Positions 9,972 to 20,757 are shown, counted from the first letter of the stretch. The stretch: 64,000 nt of DNA from an uncultured virus (IMG/VR IMGVR_UViG_2859243816_000004) (IMGVR_UViG_2859243816_000004:1-64000); one strand, 5' to 3'. The notes: generated by a model not told the origin, from the sequence alone. Made by a program: numbers and translations.

Positions 9972-11893
9972 CAGACAAGTCCCCCATCCAGAAGGCTGTT
10001 ATCACCATTAAAGGCTGAATTGTTTTTCGTCACCGTGGTCACTTCCTCGACAATGGCTTTCTCATCCTGTCCCGGCGCAGCATTAATTTCGAAGTGGTAT
10101 TCAAATTTGCGGTTATCAGTTATCTGCCGTGATGGCGGCTGCTTATCCAGTACATCCATTTTTTGAAGCAGACTTTCCCAGTAACCGCCCGTGCTCTCAT
10201 CTTTCAAAATGACCGGCTCAGCAGGTGATCTGTCTGTTGTCGTAACAGTCCTGTCCTGCTGCACGACGGGAAGAAGGGGAGCATTCGGATAATTATCCCC
10301 TGCGCGGGCGTTTTCACCTTCTCCCTGGCTGTCCGTCAGCCCTGATGGTTCTCTTTTCCACTGACTGGCAGATGTTACCGGCTCATGCGCGTAATTATCC
10401 CAGGCTCCGGCACTGCTTTGCGGGTCATCTTTAACGGTTTGCGCTACATGGTCCTTGTTTTGCTGTAGCGCCGCATTCCAGTTTAAAAGCGAATCGCCGC
10501 CTTCCGGTGACAGGTATTTATCAAGCGATTTGTTAAACGCCTCATCGTCGCTGTCAGGACCGAACCATCCGCGGGTATCATTCCATGACTCTTTTACTTT
10601 TTCTGGCAAGTCAGGATGAATTGCCAGTTGCTGCGTAAACCATTCTCCCTGGCCTGTCTGCTCAGCTCGGAGGCGAGCCATATTCATTCCGTTACCAGCC
10701 AGTGTTTTCAGTACATCGCGCTGATCATTTCGTTCATCCGGCAGCAACCAGGACAGTTTTTTAGCCAGCGCGTAAATAATTTTGCCGACAAAAACCACCC
10801 CCTGCCCGAACGACAGAACGCCGGGATAAAGGTCGTTTCGCAGGAAAGTCACAATGCGTTTGATCCCGCCACCTTTGAACCAGTCGGCAAGATCATTCGT
10901 CAGATTACGGATATCAGGCGCAAGCTCATTTCCCAGTTGCCCGGAAATTTCAGCAACCGCAGAAGAGAAAACAGTGCGGAGATTATTGATAGCCTGATTC
11001 CCTGCAACCGCCCCATCTGCCCCCTCTTTGGTCACAAGGTTGTAGCGCCGCTGTTCGTCCATCAGGTCGCGGTAGCTCCGGCCAGACTGCTTGATAAGCA
11101 TCAGCAGTTTGCTCGCTTCCCCGCCAAAAAGAGAATCCAGTGCGAAGGAGGCTTTTGACTCGTCCTGAAGGCTGAGCGCCCGTTCAACAATTTTGTCGAA
11201 CTGCGCCATATCGCTGAGCCCGGCAAAATCCCCCGCTTTGAAACCGAGCGTTTCAAACGCATCCTGCAGCGAGCCCTGCTTACCGTTCTGTTTATACTCC
11301 CCGGATTTGTGCAGATACTCTTCAAAGAGATCGCCAATGTTTTCCGCATTCATGTCGTACTGCTTCGCCAGAGAATCCCAGGCATTAAACGTGGCCACGT
11401 CCACGCCGTAACTTTTTGCGACATTAGTGCGGGTTGCCGTTTCAGCATTGGTGGCAGCTGGCGCTATCAGTGTGCCAAGAGCTGAAGCCACCACACCGCC
11501 ACCGCCAATAGCCAGCCCGGATCCAAACATCCCACCCACCTGCCCGGCGATCCCCAGACCGCGCCGGAACAGACCTTTACCGGCTCCTTTGAATGCCTGA
11601 AGGCGCTGTGCTTTTTGCATCTGTACATTCAGTTTCTGCTGCTCCGCCTCCGTTTTGCGGATTTCCCTGGAAACATCGGTATAGCGGCGCTTCAAATCCC
11701 CCAGGCTTTCACCGGCCAGTTTGGCGCGTTTGATTTCTGCTGCCAGTTTGGTCTGGTCTTTTGTCAGTCGTTCAGACTGCTTTCCGACATCTTTCAGGCT
11801 TTTTTGCAGACCATCTGCAGATCGTTTCCATGAATTATCCAGGTTTCCGCCAAAGGTAATGACGGCCTTAAGGTTCTGGCTTATTCCGCCCAT
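9968..11893 (-). CDS. tail tape measure protein
   Basis: helical, Ala/Gly-rich 641 aa protein after the tail chaperone. Confidence 0.8.
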   Translation of the reverse strand: MGGISQNLKAVITFGGNLDNSWKRSADGLQKSLKDVGKQSERLTKDQTKLAAEIKRAKLAGESLGDLKRRYTDVSREIRKTEAEQQKLNVQMQKAQRLQAFKGAGKGLFRRGLGIAGQVGGMFGSGLAIGGGGVVASALGTLIAPAATNAETATRTNVAKSYGVDVATFNAWDSLAKQYDMNAENIGDLFEEYLHKSGEYKQNGKQGSLQDAFETLGFKAGDFAGLSDMAQFDKIVERALSLQDESKASFALDSLFGGEASKLLMLIKQSGRSYRDLMDEQRRYNLVTKEGADGAVAGNQAINNLRTVFSSAVAEISGQLGNELAPDIRNLTNDLADWFKGGGIKRIVTFLRNDLYPGVLSFGQGVVFVGKIIYALAKKLSWLLPDERNDQRDVLKTLAGNGMNMARLRAEQTGQGEWFTQQLAIHPDLPEKVKESWNDTRGWFGPDSDDEAFNKSLDKYLSPEGGDSLLNWNAALQQNKDHVAQTVKDDPQSSAGAWDNYAHEPVTSASQWKREPSGLTDSQGEGENARAGDNYPNAPLLPVVQQDRTVTTTDRSPAEPVILKDESTGGYWESLLQKMDVLDKQPPSRQITDNRKFEYHFEINAAPGQDEKAIVEEVTTVTKNNSAFNGDNSLLDGGLVW

Positions 11894-11995
11894 GGTTTAT
11901 CGTCTCCAGTTCGTCGGTCAAAAAATCAGAGAAAGTGCTGAACGGCATATCGAGGTATTCCACCATCGGAAAATGCAGTCGTCGCCCCAGAAATC

Positions 11996-12295
11996 TTATT
12001 GCCCGGAGGAGCCCGCCTTCGGTCGCTTCGCGGGCGGGAGCATAAAAACGTTAAAGGCATCCAGCAGCTGTGAGTAATCTGCCGCCGTCATCAGCCAGAG
12101 ATCCTGTTCACTGAGATTGCACAGCAGCGCAATCATGCGGGCTTCTTTCTCTTCTTCGTTGCCGCGGTCTTTGGCATGAGTGATGCGATCGCGAACCAGC
12201 GGTTCACGCATGGTGACTTCATCGATCACGACCCCATTATCAAGTGATACGGGGGAATACAGTTTTATAACGCGGGTTTCACCAGGAAAGCTCAT
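11996..12295 (-). CDS. tail assembly chaperone (gpE/Mu gp41-like), with probable -1 frameshift extension to 11868
   Basis: EVTMREPLVRD motif; GTT TTT ATG slippery run; open -1 frame resembling gpE'. Confidence 0.8.
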   Translation of the reverse strand: MSFPGETRVIKLYSPVSLDNGVVIDEVTMREPLVRDRITHAKDRGNEEEKEARMIALLCNLSEQDLWLMTAADYSQLLDAFNVFMLPPAKRPKAGSSGQ

Positions 12296-12353
12296 AGGTT
12301 GCTCCATAAAAAAACGGCCCGCAGGCCGTTACAGTGGTGGGATAACAGTAAAA

Positions 12354-12860
12354 TCAGAGACGCACTTTGGCAGCCAGGCCAGAAAGCACATCCACGCCAT
12401 TCACCCGGCGGGCGAAACGCTCTGTGTCGATGGCAAACAGTTCGCGCCCGTCCAGTGACTGACGGTAGTAGCTGACGGCAATATCAACCGTCACGGCATT
12501 TTCGGAAAGCGTGTCCTTACTGCGCGCATCCGGCGTGACGGTCTGTACAAACCCCTCAATTTCCTCAACCGTACCGCGCGCAGTGCCATTACCGAGATAG
12601 CCCTGATAAGCCGTAAAGCGTGAACGGCTGCCGCTGACAAAACCGAAGCTGGCCAGCATATCCGTATCTATCCCATAAAATTTAACCTGACAGGTCAGTG
12701 CTTCCATGCCGTCATCAACCGGGGTGGGCGCATCCTGTGCGCCGGTACGCAAATCCGTTTTAACAATTGCCAGAGACGGCGGCGTAAATTCATGCGCCCC
12801 CTGAATACGGATCCCCTGCCGGAAGAAGGTCCAGACGCGTAGTGTGTTTTTATCGCTCAT
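12354..12860 (-). CDS. major tail tube protein (FII-like)
   Basis: follows the sheath gene; DDGMEAL and RRVNGVD motifs. Confidence 0.85.
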   Translation of the reverse strand: MSDKNTLRVWTFFRQGIRIQGAHEFTPPSLAIVKTDLRTGAQDAPTPVDDGMEALTCQVKFYGIDTDMLASFGFVSGSRSRFTAYQGYLGNGTARGTVEEIEGFVQTVTPDARSKDTLSENAVTVDIAVSYYRQSLDGRELFAIDTERFARRVNGVDVLSGLAAKVRL

Positions 12861-14326
12861 GCTGCAAGCATCTCCTCAAGCGCATAGTTATTGTTCACCC
12901 GGACGCGCAGGCTGATAAGTTCAGTCGGCGATTTCGGACCAAAGTCATAGTTGATGTACAGGACACCCGACGCCATGGTTTCCGCTGTGTTCAGTTCTTC
13001 ATCCAGCCAGGCCCGCCCACCAAATATGGCGCCAAGCCCTACCAGTTGCCGCATATAGGCATTGATGGTGCCGATAATGTCATCCGCATTTTCCCGGTCC
13101 AGTGGGCGGTCGACATACTCCAGCATGGTTTCCTGAATGCTGTCCTCAATAACATCCGCAGTACGGCGGACAGATTCAAAATGCCACTGAGGATTGGTTG
13201 CACACAGGCGGTTCCCCCAGTGTTTAAAACCCGCCCGGCGGATAATGGTGGACACGTTCTGCATGTTGAGCAGGTTTGCATCGCAGTTCTCATCCCCGAG
13301 GATAAATTCATCGATCTGCTCAACACCGAGGATGTTGTTGATGTCCTGGTTCGACTTGCTCCACCACCAGCCTTTTTCAAAGTCGATGCGGGCGCGCAAC
13401 CCGGCAGCAAAGGCAGAGTAAGGACGATAAACCAGCTGGCCATCTGCATCGCTCGCCTGGACCCGCGGACGCAACAGTTCAGTTCGTGCGCCATAGGAAT
13501 GGCGGCGCTGTACCACTTCCTGCAGCGTCGCACCGGATGCGCAGTCAACATATGCAACGGCGCGCAATTTCCCGGCCACGGTTTCCAGCCCCTTACCAAC
13601 CGCATCGTCCTCACTGAATCCCGGCGCAATCACAATACGCGGCTGGTACGTCGTAACAGATTTCGCTGATGACAGGGTGCCGATCCCCTTCAGTACCGCC
13701 GCGCGTCGTTTTGCCACATCGTTTTCATCCGCCACACGCACCACCACCGTCAGCGCATTACGCTGATCGTTAATATCAGTCAGTGCCTGTTTAAGCGTAC
13801 CTTTTTCACCCAGGCGGGATAACAGCGTGGTGCCGATGACCGCCACCGGCGTATTGAGTGGAAAGGGTTCATCTTCACCCCCCGCTAATTGCAGGCTGAA
13901 TGGCTGGACAATCCCGTCACCGCGCCCGCTCGCACTGATTTTTACGCCATCAACACCACCGACAGCCTCAGCAACTTCTCCAGGTTTAGCCGTGATAACA
14001 CCGTGCTCATCACAACCCAGCGTGATTTTCAGTGTCAGCGATTCAGGATCCCAGCTTGCTGACGTCACAACCGCAGCAGGATTTTCGGCTGTCGGCTGTC
14101 CGGCCAGCGCAGCGACATTGATGACATTGCCTTCCCGCCCCTTAATGGTTGCAGTGAAGTCGATAACGTTATCGAGAATGGGTGTACCGGATGATCCCGA
14201 TGCGGCTGTTCCCCCCGACGCATCAGGTGCCGTTCCTACCAGGCCGATAATGGCGGTCTGAATCGTGGTAACCGCCACCGTACCCGAGGTGAGTTCAATA
14301 GTTTCAACGCCATGTAACTGAGACAT
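12857..14326 (-). CDS. tail sheath protein (FI-like)
   Basis: start MSQLHGVE; WWWSKSN, HWGNR and RRTADVI motifs. Confidence 0.9.
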   Translation of the reverse strand: MSQLHGVETIELTSGTVAVTTIQTAIIGLVGTAPDASGGTAASGSSGTPILDNVIDFTATIKGREGNVINVAALAGQPTAENPAAVVTSASWDPESLTLKITLGCDEHGVITAKPGEVAEAVGGVDGVKISASGRGDGIVQPFSLQLAGGEDEPFPLNTPVAVIGTTLLSRLGEKGTLKQALTDINDQRNALTVVVRVADENDVAKRRAAVLKGIGTLSSAKSVTTYQPRIVIAPGFSEDDAVGKGLETVAGKLRAVAYVDCASGATLQEVVQRRHSYGARTELLRPRVQASDADGQLVYRPYSAFAAGLRARIDFEKGWWWSKSNQDINNILGVEQIDEFILGDENCDANLLNMQNVSTIIRRAGFKHWGNRLCATNPQWHFESVRRTADVIEDSIQETMLEYVDRPLDRENADDIIGTINAYMRQLVGLGAIFGGRAWLDEELNTAETMASGVLYINYDFGPKSPTELISLRVRVNNNYALEEMLAA

Positions 14327-14364
14327 GTTTTTTCTCCAGGCATAAAAAAACCTGCCGCAGCAGG

Positions 14365-14982
14365 TCACATTTTCTGATTTGGTTTATCGGTGAGCCCGCC
14401 GCTGTCGCCGCGATGATCGTGGTTGTTAAAGACTTCACGTATCTTGCTCATGCTGCTGGATTTATCCGTTATCTCCTTTGACGCCCCGATATTCCCTGCA
14501 ACCGACGTGTCAGCATTAATCAAGGTTTTGCCCTGAACTGTCAGGGTATCGGTAATTTCAACCGGACCATCCAGCGTGCCTTTACCGACAATTTTGTAAG
14601 TTCCACCATCAGCCAGCGTAATCGTCAGGGCATGCGCGTTCCTGTCATAACGGATCTCGGTCCCGTCGCTGTAACGGGTAATGTGCTCGCTGTCACTTCC
14701 TTCCGGCACCGGCAGCTTTCCCGTGTTCCAGCCGGGAAACACCCGTCCGTTGTTGAGCTCTCCGGCTTCGGACAGGACCGTAACCGCATCCCCCACGGCA
14801 TAAGGATTTGAATCCGCCCGGTTAGTTCCTGAAAACCCCTGGCACAACGGCAGCCAGGTCGTGATGATATCCCCCAAATCCACCCGGCATTTTGGGATGC
14901 GATCGTGCCTGACGGAGTGGATAACGCCGCGCCGGACAAGGTTCGCCAGTCTGCGCTGCAGGTCGCCTGCTATATCACTCAT
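14365..14982 (-). CDS. baseplate spike gpV-like
   Basis: start MSDIAGDL; RRLANLVRRG, TTWLP and terminal HDH metal motif. Confidence 0.85.
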   Translation of the reverse strand: MSDIAGDLQRRLANLVRRGVIHSVRHDRIPKCRVDLGDIITTWLPLCQGFSGTNRADSNPYAVGDAVTVLSEAGELNNGRVFPGWNTGKLPVPEGSDSEHITRYSDGTEIRYDRNAHALTITLADGGTYKIVGKGTLDGPVEITDTLTVQGKTLINADTSVAGNIGASKEITDKSSSMSKIREVFNNHDHRGDSGGLTDKPNQKM

Positions 14983-15529
14983 CGGGCTGAGCCTCCCAGA
15001 TAAGCTGATAGTCATCCACGTGATTACGGCCCGTATCAGGTGCAGCACCCAGCCAGGCCTGCTGCAGAGGCATGCCATTGTTTGCAAAGGGGTCAGTACC
15101 AAATGCAGCAGCCTGGGTGAAAGAAATACGCCAGACCAGATAATCATCCATTCGCGGATCAAACTCATCACGTTCCGCCGTGGTGAATACCGCAGGCTCA
15201 ATATGGCCCAGACCAAACTGCTGTCCGTCAATCCACTGGGTAATATCAGCCGCTGCGGTTCTGACAAAGATTTCAGGCTGACTCACACCCGACCCGGCGG
15301 CATCCACCACCACGAAGAGATCACAGGTTAAATTAACGCCCAGTTGCCCCTCATTACCTCCGCCCTGTTCCCAGCTGTTAATCGAGAAATACACCGCAGG
15401 CGTGGTCAGGCCCGAAAAGCGGGGAACATTTCTTTCCGGATACGCACCGGCATCACGCACCCATCCGATTTTTTTTAATGCGTCAGTCACAGCATCGTGA
15501 TACCGCCCCAGCAACAGTGGCTCGGCCAT
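14975..15529 (-). CDS. tail completion/terminator protein
   Basis: position between head-tail joining genes and the spike gene. Confidence 0.6.
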   Translation of the reverse strand: MAEPLLLGRYHDAVTDALKKIGWVRDAGAYPERNVPRFSGLTTPAVYFSINSWEQGGGNEGQLGVNLTCDLFVVVDAAGSGVSQPEIFVRTAAADITQWIDGQQFGLGHIEPAVFTTAERDEFDPRMDDYLVWRISFTQAAAFGTDPFANNGMPLQQAWLGAAPDTGRNHVDDYQLIWEAQPDE

Positions 15530-15540
15530 CGTTCGTTACC

Positions 15541-16197
15541 TCAGACAGAAATACGGGCTTTTATGCGCCCGCGAATGTCGGTTTCAAAGTGATGCATAAA
15601 AATCTCCATCGCTTCCGCAAATGCGTTGTCCTCGATGTAGTTCAGCATCGGTTCGTAGATATCCATTTCTGCTTCGCGTGTCCGGCGGGTCAGGGGATCG
15701 CGAATAACCACCGTCCGGCGATTATCCCGTTTTGAACGGGACACCTCCCCGTTTTCAAACGACCGTTCGCTCAGCAGATTACCTTTCGGGGAAAATCCGG
15801 CGTTTTCTGCCTGGCGGCGCGCTTTAATAAAACGCCCCGTGTTGCGGTCACGCCGGGTATGGTGCGGTCGCAGCCGCCCGTTGATTCGTCCTTTAAGGTC
15901 TTTCACCTTAATGGCATTCAGCCCGAACCAGAGCCGGAAGTTATCCAGTTGCGATCCCCTGTCCAGACGAAAAGACAGCAGACGGCGCCGGACCAGATTC
16001 ATACTGCGTGGGGCCAGCCCGTCTTTCAGATCCGCCATAGCTTTCTTTCGCAGCGTGGCGGCAGTACGCCTGAGCGCGCGTGAGTACGCTGCACGGAACT
16101 GTTTTTGCGTCGCACCGATACTGTCCGCAATTCGCCAGATAACATCCACATCAATATCGACGGGTAAATCCCGCCGCAGTCGAGACTCCCGCGCCAT
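15541..16197 (-). CDS. neck/tail protein (lambda gpZ-like)
   Basis: basic protein in the head-tail joining position. Confidence 0.55.
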   Translation of the reverse strand: MARESRLRRDLPVDIDVDVIWRIADSIGATQKQFRAAYSRALRRTAATLRKKAMADLKDGLAPRSMNLVRRRLLSFRLDRGSQLDNFRLWFGLNAIKVKDLKGRINGRLRPHHTRRDRNTGRFIKARRQAENAGFSPKGNLLSERSFENGEVSRSKRDNRRTVVIRDPLTRRTREAEMDIYEPMLNYIEDNAFAEAMEIFMHHFETDIRGRIKARISV

Positions 16198-16198
16198 A

Positions 16199-16555
16199 TC
16201 AGCTCCATTTATCGATCTGAGGCTGTGTTTTGCCGGGTTCCCCATATGCCAGCGTGACGCGGGTCCGCCCTTCTTCATCTGCGCCGATATGTGTCACCCG
16301 GTAAGGGATGGTATTGATCACCACACCGTCATGTTTTTCGAGACCGGAAATATCCGCAGTCATTGCACTGAACGCCGGGGAATGGTTCTGAATTTCCCCG
16401 CCCCCCGGTACACCCGACAGCGCATCCGGTGATTCAAAAATCACGGTCACCAGACGCGGGCCTTCACCCGTTTGCAGGCATGCAGGGACTTCTTCGGCAA
16501 ACGCCCGGTTAATCCGGGCATCTGCTTTAGCCAAACGCTCCCGGAACCGGCTCAT
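16199..16555 (-). CDS. head-tail joining protein
   Basis: position and size (lambda FII-like). Confidence 0.6.
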   Translation of the reverse strand: MSRFRERLAKADARINRAFAEEVPACLQTGEGPRLVTVIFESPDALSGVPGGGEIQNHSPAFSAMTADISGLEKHDGVVINTIPYRVTHIGADEEGRTRVTLAYGEPGKTQPQIDKWS

Positions 16556-16890
16556 CAGAACCCCAGGCGGACGGCAACATCAGCAGCATCCGCCTCAGCT
16601 GCTCCCCAGGCGGAACCAACAACCGGGTTTGGCGTTGCATCATCGCCTTTTGCCACCGTCAGCTTTCCGCCAGCCAGATACAGCTTCTGGCCTGCCGCAA
16701 TTTCTTCTGCCGCTTTAGGCAGCACAAAAACACCGGCCATATGCAGTGTTCCCCACTCGCCAGCAGGAATATCGCTGTGAGCCACCCCGGCAATTCCGCC
16801 GACCGCCACCAGCGCACCGGATGAAACGGCATCAACACCCGCATTGTGATAATCCAGTGTGGTACCGTCCTGCTGATAGTTATTCGCCAT
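16555..16890 (-). CDS. DUF2190 capsid-associated protein
   Basis: MANNYQQDG...GVFVLPK, directly after the capsid gene. Confidence 0.8.
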   Translation of the reverse strand: MANNYQQDGTTLDYHNAGVDAVSSGALVAVGGIAGVAHSDIPAGEWGTLHMAGVFVLPKAAEEIAAGQKLYLAGGKLTVAKGDDATPNPVVGSAWGAAEADAADVAVRLGF

Positions 16891-16962
16891 GTTTTTTCTC
16901 CATAAAAGGAAAAGGCGACCAGCGCCGCCTTCAGGGATAAAAAAACCGCCAGGCGGCGGTCG

Positions 16963-19065
16963 TTATTTTTTGGTGACTTTAACCAGCCCGCGCCAGTCAA
17001 GCGGGGCCACACCCGCATCAATGCGCACCTTGAAAGCGGCACCGTCCACAGTGAAGCCCTGCTGCTGTTCCAGATATGGCGTGTCGATACCGTCCAGATA
17101 GGCTACTTCAATTGTGTCGCGCCCCTGCGCAGCAGTCAGGTAATAATCCGTCGGGCTGCTGTCATCCAGGCGGGCCTCAGAAGCCACTGTCACAAAGTTC
17201 TGGATCGGGTTAACGATCCCGCTGTTCGCGTCTGCGCCCGGTACGCTGGCGGATTTAATCAGCTGGTTTGCCCGTGACTCAATTGCCACTGGCGTCAGCA
17301 TGTAGGCTGGACGAATATTCAGACGACGATCGCCGGATTTTTGCAGCAGCATTGCCTTACGTGCAATATCCAGCCCTTCAATACTCAGATCGGCTGCAAC
17401 AAGGTTGCCATGATCGGCGTGGAACAACGGCTTACCGTCCGACATTTTCGGATTGCTGGTCAGTACAGCCCAGACCAGATCGCCGACGGTGGCTCGCGCA
17501 GCAAGCCCCATTGCCTGCGGGATACGCGTCAGCATATCCAGGTCGTCGTTGATGATAGTCTGGCGGTCAATGCTGAAAAGCTCACCATAGGTGGCCAGTG
17601 CAATCGGCTCACCGCGATCTTTAATGGTGACATATTTATATTCCGCCCCGGCGCGAACCTTACGCAGCGATGACAGTGATTCCAGGCCAACGCGGTGCGC
17701 GGTTTTGAAATCGGTCAGTGTGCCTTTACGGGTCCACTGTTCGAATGTTTCGCTGGCCTCATCCCAGCCAAGCAATGCCGCCTTATGCGCCACATCCATC
17801 AGGATATTGCCGAAATCGCTGCTGCTGTGGGTGAACGCCAGCCCAACCATCGCCTGTGCGGTACCGACACCAGAAATACCGATACCACGATCCACCAGCG
17901 AGGCGCGGGCCAGTTCGCGCAGGGTATACCCGTTGTAGGCGTTATCTTTTTCTGCCTGCGCATAGCCCGCACGGTTCATCACCGCCGCACGAATGGAATC
18001 ACCAACAATATTCCCGTTACCCGCATGGATGTGAACTGCACCCGGTCCGGCACTCGGGGTCGTCCCTGCCGCCAGCGCATTGAGCAATTTGGTGCGGGCC
18101 TGTTCCGCTGAGCAGGAAATATCCGTGATGCATTCTGCTTTCAGCGAGCCGAAAGCAGGAAACGCATCAAACACAGCGGAAACTGCGCTGACTCGTTCAG
18201 TATTCGCCGCCTGCATCTGCTGCTGGAGCTGGGCGGCCAGCGCGGTAATGTCGATATTTCCCGCCAGCGGTTGCTGGGCTGGCTGCGGTGTTGTTGGGTT
18301 ATTTGCGGCCTGCGGAGCCGGATTTTGTGCGGGTTGCGGCTGACTGACAGGAGCTTCGGCGCGCGGCCCAAAAAGGTTGTTAATCTGTTCTGGCATATTC
18401 TGGTAATCCTTCAGTTTATTTTGATTCACACAGGCCGCGGCCTGCAGTTCTGGTTCAAGCGTGTCAGCAAAACCTTTTTCCACCGCCTCCGCGCCATTAA
18501 GCCAGGTTTCAGCTTTCAGCATCGCCTCCAGTTCTTCCTGCCCCAGCCCGGTCTTGTTCATGTAGGCACTGAGCATCAGCGCTTCATTACGATCAAGCCA
18601 GGCAGCGTAGTCACGCATATCATCGGAATCCCCGGCGATCCCACCCCACGGCTTGTGTACCATCAGCCAGGCATTTTCCGGCATATGCACCGTGGCACCG
18701 GGCAGGCAGACAATCATTGAAGCCATACTGGCAGCCACGCCGTCCACCCAGATATCCAGCTTCGCCTTCAGACGGGACAAGGTGTTAAAGATGGCAAATC
18801 CCTGCATCACATCGCCGCCCGGGCTGTGGATATGCAGATCGACGGCGCTGGCCTCAAACACCCCGGCTTCCTTACAGTCGGAGACGAACTGCTGAGCGGT
18901 AATCCCCCAGCCGCCGATCACGTCATAGAGAAATATTTCCACACGCCCTGCAGCCAGGGCGCGTATCTCATACCAGCACTGACCGTTTGCGGCATCGATA
19001 CCAGCCACACTGGCGCGGGGATTAATCATCGTCCCGCGACGGGGCGGGCTTATCATTTGCTGCAT
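16963..19065 (-). CDS. ClpP-like prohead protease / major capsid protein fusion
   Basis: IHSPGG, AASMAS, MVHKPW and ETWL Clp motifs, then a capsid domain; AAGGAG RBS before 19065. Confidence 0.9.
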   Translation of the reverse strand: MQQMISPPRRGTMINPRASVAGIDAANGQCWYEIRALAAGRVEIFLYDVIGGWGITAQQFVSDCKEAGVFEASAVDLHIHSPGGDVMQGFAIFNTLSRLKAKLDIWVDGVAASMASMIVCLPGATVHMPENAWLMVHKPWGGIAGDSDDMRDYAAWLDRNEALMLSAYMNKTGLGQEELEAMLKAETWLNGAEAVEKGFADTLEPELQAAACVNQNKLKDYQNMPEQINNLFGPRAEAPVSQPQPAQNPAPQAANNPTTPQPAQQPLAGNIDITALAAQLQQQMQAANTERVSAVSAVFDAFPAFGSLKAECITDISCSAEQARTKLLNALAAGTTPSAGPGAVHIHAGNGNIVGDSIRAAVMNRAGYAQAEKDNAYNGYTLRELARASLVDRGIGISGVGTAQAMVGLAFTHSSSDFGNILMDVAHKAALLGWDEASETFEQWTRKGTLTDFKTAHRVGLESLSSLRKVRAGAEYKYVTIKDRGEPIALATYGELFSIDRQTIINDDLDMLTRIPQAMGLAARATVGDLVWAVLTSNPKMSDGKPLFHADHGNLVAADLSIEGLDIARKAMLLQKSGDRRLNIRPAYMLTPVAIESRANQLIKSASVPGADANSGIVNPIQNFVTVASEARLDDSSPTDYYLTAAQGRDTIEVAYLDGIDTPYLEQQQGFTVDGAAFKVRIDAGVAPLDWRGLVKVTKK

Positions 19066-20533
19066 CAGGGAGCACTCCTTTATCGTTGGCGGCGTCTGAG
19101 TCGAACACCAGCCCGTTTTCTCGGTTGAATTCGGTTTCACGCATACGCTGTCGCTTCACCTCCTGGGGGGATTGCCCACGGGCGCGGATCCACTCCGCTT
19201 CAGTTCCCGCACCACCGCGCACAATTCCCCGCCAGGCCATTGCCTCTTTTACAGGGTCAATCCACGGCATAACCGGGCCAAGATAGGTCGCATTAAAGAG
19301 GGTTGTTCGATCCACATCCGGTGGGATATCTGTCGTTAACAGCGCCATCGCCAGCCAGGCGCGGTATACCGGGCGACTGTGTTGGCCAACAAACCATTGC
19401 TGCAGTACGTTATAGCCTTCGTAGCTTTCCACCAGTTCCTGGCGCTGGGCGCTGTATGTGCCATTGTAGTCACGGGCAATACTGGAATAGCTTCCCCGGC
19501 TTCCGGCGGCAACAGCACGTAATTGCCCGTTGCGAAACTCATGAAGATGGACATTCGGACGATTGGACTCGACCATGCCCAGATCTTCGCCCGGTGCCAG
19601 ATCGTCAAAAATCATCCCGGGCGCGATATCAAAATAGCGGTATTTATTTTCTGACGGCTTCCAGTCATCTTCTTGCGGGAAAGTAGCAGCATCACCTCTC
19701 TTGATATAAAAGCCCAGCGCGGCAGCGATTCTTGCGGCCACGCGTTCACTCTCTTCGTAATCCTTAATGTCGCCAAGGCGGCGGATCACGCCGTGTAACA
19801 GACTCACCCCGCGTAACTGATGGAGACGTTTTCGCTGCGCGAGATGCAGCATATTCTCAGCAGCAACAGTTTTCAGTTCTGCGCTAAAACGCGTCATGTT
19901 GGCCGGATGGAATTTATAAACCCGGTAGCCTGTCGGACGGCCCCAGTTATTCACAATAATACCCTGACGGATCTGCTGCCCCGAGGTGCTGTTCAGGTTC
20001 ATCGGCACAAAGTCGGCCTCGAGCAACTCCAGAGAAAACGGCACACTGGTCGAGTGAGTCAGACCAGCAACTGGCCCTCTCACAAGCTGGGTAAAAATTT
20101 CACCATCACGCAGTGCGGAACGCAGCGCCAGCCGTTCCGCTTCCGGGCGGGTAAACATCCCGGTCACTTCCGGGCGAACTGACCATTCGGACCAGAGCGC
20201 GGAAATCTTTGCCGCAAATTCTTCATGCAGTTTGCCGTCCAGCCCCAGTGGCTGCGGTTCAACCTGAATCCCCTGGGCGCCAATCACCCGCTCCTCGAGC
20301 TTATCCAGCAGACCAATTACAATGTCATGGTCTTCATCCAGCGCCCGCGCCTGCTCGCGCAGTGATATCCCTGCAACACCAACAGCAGTGTCAGCCGCGC
20401 GGCTCTCGCGCTTCGTTTTATTAAGCCGGGAAGGCTGTGCCGCATCGTATGCCTGCAACAGCATTTTGTTTCTGGCGCGTGCGACTGCCCACCCTGGCGC
20501 AATTGCACCAAGTGCTCTGTCGAAAATACCCAT
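19022..20533 (-). CDS. portal protein, lambda family
   Basis: RDGE, LELLEAD, QLRGVS, YSAQR and WIDPVKE motifs. Confidence 0.9.
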   Translation of the reverse strand: MGIFDRALGAIAPGWAVARARNKMLLQAYDAAQPSRLNKTKRESRAADTAVGVAGISLREQARALDEDHDIVIGLLDKLEERVIGAQGIQVEPQPLGLDGKLHEEFAAKISALWSEWSVRPEVTGMFTRPEAERLALRSALRDGEIFTQLVRGPVAGLTHSTSVPFSLELLEADFVPMNLNSTSGQQIRQGIIVNNWGRPTGYRVYKFHPANMTRFSAELKTVAAENMLHLAQRKRLHQLRGVSLLHGVIRRLGDIKDYEESERVAARIAAALGFYIKRGDAATFPQEDDWKPSENKYRYFDIAPGMIFDDLAPGEDLGMVESNRPNVHLHEFRNGQLRAVAAGSRGSYSSIARDYNGTYSAQRQELVESYEGYNVLQQWFVGQHSRPVYRAWLAMALLTTDIPPDVDRTTLFNATYLGPVMPWIDPVKEAMAWRGIVRGGAGTEAEWIRARGQSPQEVKRQRMRETEFNRENGLVFDSDAANDKGVLPDAANDKPAPSRDDD

Positions 20534-20541
20534 GGAAGACC

Positions 20542-20757
20542 TTAATTAAATCTGGCGAGTTTGAAAGATCCACCGCGACGGTTCACGGCAACCCAGCGTT
20601 TTTCCCAGTATTCCAGCTCTCTGCGAAGCGCCACGGGATCATGGTTAGTTATGGCGCGACCATTTACGCCCGTAAAAGACACACTTTTCCCGTCCAGGGA
20701 ATCACGGTATGCCTGGCGTACTGTTACCAGCATCTGCTGAATTTCTGATTTCGTCAC
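20542..20757 (-). CDS. head-tail adaptor (lambda gpW-like)
   Basis: 71 aa, between terminase and portal. Confidence 0.7.
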   Translation of the reverse strand: MTKSEIQQMLVTVRQAYRDSLDGKSVSFTGVNGRAITNHDPVALRRELEYWEKRWVAVNRRGGSFKLARFN

